Below, piece by piece: positions 57,974 through 64,000 of a stretch of 64,000 nucleotides of DNA. The DNA lies in the NCBI RefSeq assembly GCF_000142905.1, contig NW_013657610.1, positions 1 through 64,000 of the forward strand, given 5' to 3'. The stretch is from Thecamonas trahens ATCC 50062. Taxonomy: Eukaryota > Protista > Apusomonadida. The position numbers and the translations under genes were made by a program. Each line of letters opens with the position of its first letter. Position 1 is the first letter of the stretch. The notes under the pieces were generated by a model. It did not search any database, was not told the DNA's origin, and was given only the letters and a program-made list of their open reading frames with translations.

Positions 57974-60900
57974 ATGGGACGGCGCAACCGACGACGGCGC
58001 AAGAACGGGCGGCGACAGCAGCAGAGCTTTGGAGCATGGGCGAGTGGCGGTGGGCAGTCGGGCAGGACGAGTCAGCAGACGTCGACAACGAGCTGGCGGA
58101 GTCATACCAAAGTCACTGACGACACACTCCGAGCTGCCTTTCGTCTTGCTCGCCCTGCTTGCGGTGAGCTGGCAGTTGGGCAAGTCGATCGGTCCGAGAA
58201 AATTGCCAGTCATTCGGCGGGCAACTGTGCTGCCTCTCCGAATTGTTTGATGAATCTGGCCTCCATCCCCAAGTCGATGACCGGCAAGTCGTCGATGGCC
58301 GGCCAGTCGGCGGGAAAGGGCGGCAAGGGGAAGAATGCAGCGAACAAGACAAAGCTGGCAGGAGGGACAAGTGGGTGCGGACGAGTCCGGAGTGATGCCA
58401 TCGCGTTTATGGGCTTGGAGAACCTGGGCGCGACGTGCTACATGAACTCGCTGTTGCAGACCTTGTTCATGAACGAAGGCTTTACCAGCGGCTTGCTGGC
58501 CGCCCAAGTCAAGAATCCGGTTCTCGCCGAGCTCCAGCTTGTCCTTGCTCATCTGGTGGTGGACAAGCGGGTATCGCTGCGGCCAGAGGGCCTTGTCTCT
58601 GCCCTTGATCTCGCTCCGCGCGTCCAGCAGGACGCCCATGAGTTCTTCAAGCTCCTCATACACTTTCTGGACAACACTCTCAAGAGCGGCGACGGACCGG
58701 AGAGTGTGCGCAATCTTGTGGAGGAGACCTTTGCCGGCCTCCTTGCCTACCACACCGTCTGCGAGGGCTGCGGCACGGATCGCGAGCGGACCGAGCCGTT
58801 CTACGAGATTGAGCTCAATCTGCTGGGCGAGGAGCGGAGCTTGGGCGGGCTCATCGAGCAGTACCTGGCGCCAGAAACGCTCGACGGTGACAACAAGTAC
58901 CTCTGCTCGCAGTGCGAGAGCAAGCAAGTCGCCTCGCGCTTCCTCACCCTCAATGAGCTCCCGCGGGTCCTCAACGTCCAGCTGCTGCGCTTTGTGTACG
59001 ACGTGGCGACGGGCCGCAAGAAGAAAGTCCACTACGTCATCAACTTTCCGCACGAGCTCGATATGAGCGCGTACGTGGCGAGCGGCGTCGGCGGGGTGTA
59101 CCGGCTGCGGGCGGTCGTCGTCCACATCGGGTCAACTGCCAACGGCGGGCACTACGTGACCCACGCGCGCGGACGCAGCGGCGACGCGCGATGGTGGAAG
59201 TTCAACGACTCGCGGGTGAGCGTGCTCGAGGAGCACGCGGTCGGATACGAGGCGCCGTCATCGCTCTCGGCCAAGGGCAAGGCACTGCTCCGGTCCGCCC
59301 CGGCCGGCACCTCGTCGTCGCACAACGCATACATGCTGGTCTATGAGCGCGTCGACGGACCGACGGCGAGTGAGACCGTGCCCGGGATTGTGGTGCCGGA
59401 TGAGCTCTTTGCGCAAACGCTAGGCCACGGGGCGGTGGTCGACACTACCGGCCTGCTTGCCACCGAGTCGGGCGCGAGCCGCGCGGCTGCGGTTGCGAAG
59501 CACAATGAGCTTCTCTGCAACGTGTTTGAGATCGGGGCGCCCGCTGTAAGCGACGACGCGCCGGGCGCAGCGGCGCGGTATGTGTCGCGGGCATGGCTCG
59601 GCGAGCTCGCGTCTGCCTTTGACGGCAGCGAGGTGCCGCCGATGGACAATTCGGGACTCGAGTGCGAACACGGCCTGGTCTCGCCGGAGCGGGCGTCGGC
59701 GATGAAGCGGCTGAGTGTCGAGGCGTTTGATGCGCTGCTTGCGGCGTACGGCGGCGGGCCTGTGTTTACCCAGGACGACCTCTGCGTGCGGTGCGTCGAG
59801 GCTGCCTGCCGGCAGCAGAGCGAGGAGGTGGCAATGCTCGAGGCAAAGCGGGCCATTGCCTCGCGGCTGGACCCCGGCGGGGCCGACACGGACGCGGTGC
59901 TGGTGTCGCGGGCGTGGGTGACGGCGTGGCGGGCGGCCAAGAGCTACGAGGCGCTGATGAGCCTCGAGCCGCAGATCAACATCGACATCCTGTGCGAGCA
60001 TGGCCAGCTGCAGATGCAGACGTCCAAGACGCGGCGACTCTCGCGGATGGCGTGGGACTACTTTGTGGGTCTTGTGGGTGACCGCAGCGCCCAGCCGCCG
60101 ACGATGATATCTGCCGATGCCGAGCCGTGCGCCGAGTGCCGCGGCGAGGCAGCGAGCGTGAAGGAGGCATTGGCGGCTGAGCGTGGGGTGCGAGCGAACG
60201 AGCGGAGTGCGTTTGCCGCCGTCTTTACCCTCCTTGCCGGCGGCAAGCGGGCCAAGAGCCGGCGCAACATCGAGTGGCAGGTGGGCGAGAGCGCGGCAGC
60301 GAGCGGCGGCAAGCTCGTTCCGACTCCGCTCTCGTGGCTCCATGCGTGGAAGGCGTACCTGCTTGATGCAAGTGCGCCGGGCCCAGGCCCGCTCTCGCTT
60401 GATGAGCTGCGATGCGAGGAGCACGGCGGCCTGACGTACGCGCCGTGGCATGCGGCGGAGAATGATGGCCTGGTGTACCGTCTGGTCAAGGCCAAGCTTG
60501 TGGAGGGGCTCGCAGCCATCCACGGAAGCGTCGGTGAGATTGTGGCGCTGGCGCAGGGAGCCACCGCGAGCGAGGCCGTGTGCGCGGCGTGCTCTGAGGC
60601 GCGTGTGGCGGCTATCGAGGCGGCGCAGTTTGTGTACGACAAGGCAAACGTGCGGATCAAGTTTGAGCGGGAGGTGACGAGCGGGCGCAAGGGCGGCGGG
60701 CGGCGCGGGCGGCGTGGGCCGCAGGTCCGAACGGTGGCGTCATCGGTGGAGCTCTCGGTCGGATCGAACATGACTCTGGCCACCTTTCGCCTGATGGTCT
60801 TTCAGCGGACAGACATTGCGCCTGCGCTCCAACGGCTGGTGGTAGAGAGCGGGACGGAGGCCGGTCGTGTGATCGGAGGCGGCGACGAAGAGGTCGTAAC

Positions 60901-61129
60901 GCTCGAGAATGCCCGGATCGTGCCCAAGACCGTCCTCCGCCTCGCACGGCGTCCAGCAAGCGAGCTCTCCGAGGACGAGCTGGCGAGCGTGCGCCAGTTG
61001 AAGGCGGCCAAGGCGAGCAAGAAGGACGTATCGGATGGGAAGAGCAGCGGGTATGTGGAGACTGGCTTTGCCGCCACCAAGCTGTCCGGCCTCGCCCCAG
61101 GAGGTCCTGACTTTGACCTTGATGAGTAA
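57974..61129 (+). CDS. USP48: Ubiquitin-specific protease, USP48/UBP26 type (USP + 3 DUSP-like + Ubl)
   Basis: Cys box GLENLGATCYMNSLLQ, QQDAHEF, His box HIGSTANGGHY, WWKFNDS, AYMLVY; N-terminal NC..SPNCL; three W....CEHG repeats; Ubl-like TDIAPALQRL; terminal ETGFAATKL. Confidence 0.92.
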   Translation: MGRRNRRRRKNGRRQQQSFGAWASGGGQSGRTSQQTSTTSWRSHTKVTDDTLRAAFRLARPACGELAVGQVDRSEKIASHSAGNCAASPNCLMNLASIPKSMTGKSSMAGQSAGKGGKGKNAANKTKLAGGTSGCGRVRSDAIAFMGLENLGATCYMNSLLQTLFMNEGFTSGLLAAQVKNPVLAELQLVLAHLVVDKRVSLRPEGLVSALDLAPRVQQDAHEFFKLLIHFLDNTLKSGDGPESVRNLVEETFAGLLAYHTVCEGCGTDRERTEPFYEIELNLLGEERSLGGLIEQYLAPETLDGDNKYLCSQCESKQVASRFLTLNELPRVLNVQLLRFVYDVATGRKKKVHYVINFPHELDMSAYVASGVGGVYRLRAVVVHIGSTANGGHYVTHARGRSGDARWWKFNDSRVSVLEEHAVGYEAPSSLSAKGKALLRSAPAGTSSSHNAYMLVYERVDGPTASETVPGIVVPDELFAQTLGHGAVVDTTGLLATESGASRAAAVAKHNELLCNVFEIGAPAVSDDAPGAAARYVSRAWLGELASAFDGSEVPPMDNSGLECEHGLVSPERASAMKRLSVEAFDALLAAYGGGPVFTQDDLCVRCVEAACRQQSEEVAMLEAKRAIASRLDPGGADTDAVLVSRAWVTAWRAAKSYEALMSLEPQINIDILCEHGQLQMQTSKTRRLSRMAWDYFVGLVGDRSAQPPTMISADAEPCAECRGEAASVKEALAAERGVRANERSAFAAVFTLLAGGKRAKSRRNIEWQVGESAAASGGKLVPTPLSWLHAWKAYLLDASAPGPGPLSLDELRCEEHGGLTYAPWHAAENDGLVYRLVKAKLVEGLAAIHGSVGEIVALAQGATASEAVCAACSEARVAAIEAAQFVYDKANVRIKFEREVTSGRKGGGRRGRRGPQVRTVASSVELSVGSNMTLATFRLMVFQRTDIAPALQRLVVESGTEAGRVIGGGDEEVVTLENARIVPKTVLRLARRPASELSEDELASVRQLKAAKASKKDVSDGKSSGYVETGFAATKLSGLAPGGPDFDLDE

Positions 61130-61362
61130 CACACACACACCGAATGCTCCACCATGATCTCCACCGCATCACCCTCAGCCACAAACACCATCAGCCGCAT
61201 CACCATCAGCAGCATCTCCCGCCCTACAGCAGAAAGTTTTGATCGCGACCGGCGAGCGGGCGGCGGGCGGCGGGTGGCGGGTGGTGTAGCCGGCGAGCGG
61301 GCGGTGGAGCCGGCGGTGATTCGGGCGACTCGGTGACTCGACGATTTGAGCGACAGCGACTT

Positions 61363-61396
<34 letters not shown>

Positions 61397-61487
61397 TACG
61401 GGCCTGACCACGACGACGTTGACGACGACCACCCCACCCGCCCCCCCACCCCCACCCCCACCCCTACACACACACACACACACACAC

Positions 61488-62363
61488 ATGAGCACACCAA
61501 GTGGGACAACTGAAGCAGCGACGCCGCACCCTGCGCCGCCGCTGCGGTCGTTTGCAGGGCGAGTGAAGGCCTTCCACGAGCGGGCGGAGCGAGTGGTCAG
61601 CGGAGGAGGAGGAGGAGGAGAGATGGAGACGGGCATGGGTGGGATGATGGAGGGGAAAACGGAGGAGGGGGGCAAGAGCAAGGAATTGAAGTTGAATGTT
61701 CCCGAGAGTGAAAAAAGTGCCATTCAACTGGTGCGACAGGTGGAGAAGACGGTGCCCAATGGAGAAGATCTGGAAGATGGAACGTGGCTGGCTCTCGTCA
61801 CAGGTGTGCTCCAGGGCGTGGCGGCATCTGGCTCGCAGCCCTTTCCCTGGCCACACCTCCGATCACTCCTCGCTGCTGTGGTTGTGGAACGCGGCGCTGC
61901 CTTTTATGCCGCTGTGGCCGATACCGATGACTCCCGCAGGGGCCACTCGTACAGCGACAAGATCGCCACCATTGTGGCCCTGCTGTACGAGTTTGATGAT
62001 ACTCCCTTTACCATCCAGCGCCTGGCCGAGCTCCTCCTCTCGCCGCGGGCGCTTTACACTTCGACGCGCAAGTGGCTCAACGCCGTGACCAAGGCCGTCA
62101 CTGTCTCGTCCGTCGCTCCCGGCGGCGCCTTTCCTGCCGATCCACCCAAGATGCTCGACGGTGAGCCGTCGCCGTTACCGCCTGATGTGGCTGCTGCACG
62201 GGCGAGCGTGCTGGCCGGCGAGAGTGGCGGCGAGTTTGTGGTTGAGGCCCACATCCCGCATGCGTCCTCAGCGCCATCGCCACAGGGCGGGGCATCAACG
62301 CCTGTGGAAGCCCATCACGAGAACGAAGCGGCTGTGGCGGCGCCCGAGGGCGTGTCTGGCTGA
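61488..62363 (+). CDS. PPP4R2: Protein phosphatase 4 regulatory subunit 2
   Basis: FPWPHLRSLL and PFTIQRLAELLLSP...Y....KWLNAVTKAVTVSS match the PPP4R2/Psy4 signature. Confidence 0.88.
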   Translation: MSTPSGTTEAATPHPAPPLRSFAGRVKAFHERAERVVSGGGGGGEMETGMGGMMEGKTEEGGKSKELKLNVPESEKSAIQLVRQVEKTVPNGEDLEDGTWLALVTGVLQGVAASGSQPFPWPHLRSLLAAVVVERGAAFYAAVADTDDSRRGHSYSDKIATIVALLYEFDDTPFTIQRLAELLLSPRALYTSTRKWLNAVTKAVTVSSVAPGGAFPADPPKMLDGEPSPLPPDVAAARASVLAGESGGEFVVEAHIPHASSAPSPQGGASTPVEAHHENEAAVAAPEGVSG

Positions 62364-62394
62364 ATAAAGCCAAGTTGTAGCCGGGTCACGGTAT

Positions 62395-62596
62395 CATCGT
62401 CGTGGTTGTTGTGGTTGTCGTGGTGGTCGGTATCATCATGGTCACCTCCATCACCCCCCAGCCCCAACATGGTCATGGTCACCCCCCAGCCCCATCATGG
62501 TCATGGTCATCCCCCAGCCCCATCACCCCCATCACCTCCATCATCATCACCCCCATCACCCCCATCATGGCCACCCCCATCACCCCCATCATCATA
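62395..62596. repeat. GGT/CAT and CATCACCCC low-complexity array running into a gap
   Basis: Directly visible; G-rich to C-rich switch as at 44 and 57.6 kb. Confidence 0.85.
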
Positions 62597-62887
62597 NNNN
62601 NNNNNNNNNNNNNNNNNNNNNNNNNNNNNNNNNNNNNNNNNNNNNNNNNNNNNNNNNNNNNNNNNNNNNNNNNNNNNNNNNNNNNNNNNNNNNNNNNNNN
62701 NNNNNNNNNNNNNNNNNNNNNNNNNNNNNNNNNNNNNNNNNNNNNNNNNNNNNNNNNNNNNNNNNNNNNNNNNNNNNNNNNNNNNNNNNNNNNNNNNNNN
62801 NNNNNNNNNNNNNNNNNNNNNNNNNNNAGCAACCCCCCCCAACCCCCCAACCTCTACTTTGCGCATACTACGCTTGCGCAGCCCCCA

Positions 62888-63243
62888 GCCAAGCCACTGG
62901 TGGAGCACCTGGAGCGCAAGGCGCGTGCCGAGGCGGCCGAGTCGGACAAGCTGAGGAAGGAGGTGAAGGCGCTCAAGGGACGGATGATGAGTTTGGAAGG
63001 AATGGTGGCCGAAGAGAAGGAAGAGAATCGCAAGTGGCGACAACGATGGTCACACGATCAAGATACCATATACTCGTTGAAGAAGCATCTGAGAGAGGTT
63101 CAGATGGCAACGGCCGCAGCATCATCATCGTCATCATCATCATATTCGTATTCATCGTCATCGTTATCGTTGTCTTTGATTCGTCGTCAGAGTCCTGATC
63201 GCCGCTCTGCTGGTCGTCTTGCTGCTGCTGCTGGTGGTGCTGG

Positions 63244-63284
<41 letters not shown>

Positions 63285-64000
63285 GTCATGCCTCGTCGCC
63301 TTCTGTGGCCATCTCCGCCACTGGCGCCTCGTTGTCCTCCTCGCCTGTCTCGGCTGCTGCTTCCATGGCACGATCGTCGGGTGTTGCTTGTTGTGGTGCT
63401 GCGGATAAGCTGGTCAAGGCGAGGAGGAAGATCGGCTTGTTGCAGGCGGCGGTGGATGAGGCCAAGGCTGCAAAGGCACGGGCTGGGGCGGGATCGGCTG
63501 GAGGCGCGAGTGCGCGGGGGTCTGGGGGGGTGAAGCATCATGTCACTGCTGAGGATGATCTGAGGAGTGCTGTTGAGGCGGCCCAGCGGAAGGCTGCACG
63601 CGCCCGTGATGTCGCTGAGGCCCAGGCGCATGCCCGGAAGCGGGCAGAGGCCTCGCTGGCTGCCTCGCGGAACAGGATCACCCTGCTGGAAGAGCGCAAT
63701 GCGGTGCTTGAAGCAAGGGTAAGTAAGCTCCTGGCCTCATCGGCGCAGGCTGCCGAGGAGGCCCGTTTTGAGCGTGACATCCTCCGCATGGAGGTCGAGC
63801 GTGAACGGCAGCGCAAGGCGCCGTCGCCAGCAGAAGCCCTCCTTCTCATGTACGAGCGCCAGGCCCACTGGCTGGGTAAGTACAAGGAGATGAAGAATTA
63901 CGCCCGCGATCTCGAGGCTGAGCTCGACCGCGTGTATGCCGCCCGGGCTGGCGCAGGTCCTCGAGTCGATACCACAACCGCGCGACCGTCGACCATGGAC
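62888..64000 (+). CDS. Partial coiled-coil protein (both ends missing); absent from the ORF track
   Basis: Frame read manually and open to the window end: AKPLVEHLERKARAEAAESDKLRKEVKALKGR...ITLLEERNAVLEARVSKL...YARDLEAELDRVY. Confidence 0.7.

Overview
A GC-rich, gene-dense, almost intron-free eukaryotic draft scaffold with seven N-gaps. Style and gene content suggest a protist, and an apusomonad such as Thecamonas is my unverified guess. The left ~22 kb is gap-rich and accessory-like. It holds a disrupted RNase III-like gene, an LRR+ankyrin gene whose 78-bp repeats differ almost only at NRC codons on the predicted ligand-binding strand, a >=2,100-aa CW-finger-like/dynamin-like GTPase/PP2C fusion, a PPR+CCCH protein, an F-box+ankyrin protein, a CsgA-like SDR and a secreted protein. 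The centre is one ~19.3-kb reading frame (~6,400 aa) for a giant membrane protein with SAM-like domains and a membrane domain split by ~5,500 aa. It is broken by four -1 frame changes: three sit at short homopolymers and look like under-calls, and one is a GCT+A12 insert flanked by a perfect 17-bp target-site-like duplication. The right side holds VIPAS39/SPE-39, a 2,096-aa beta-helix/IPT/Cys-rich/7TM receptor-like protein, NagA with a tandem-repeat insert, an HSP70 without EEVD, USP48, PPP4R2 and a partial coiled-coil gene. Across the window, GC skew forms a sawtooth that resets at G-tract / CAT-GGT satellite / C-tract elements. All calls come from reading motifs by eye; no database searches were run.
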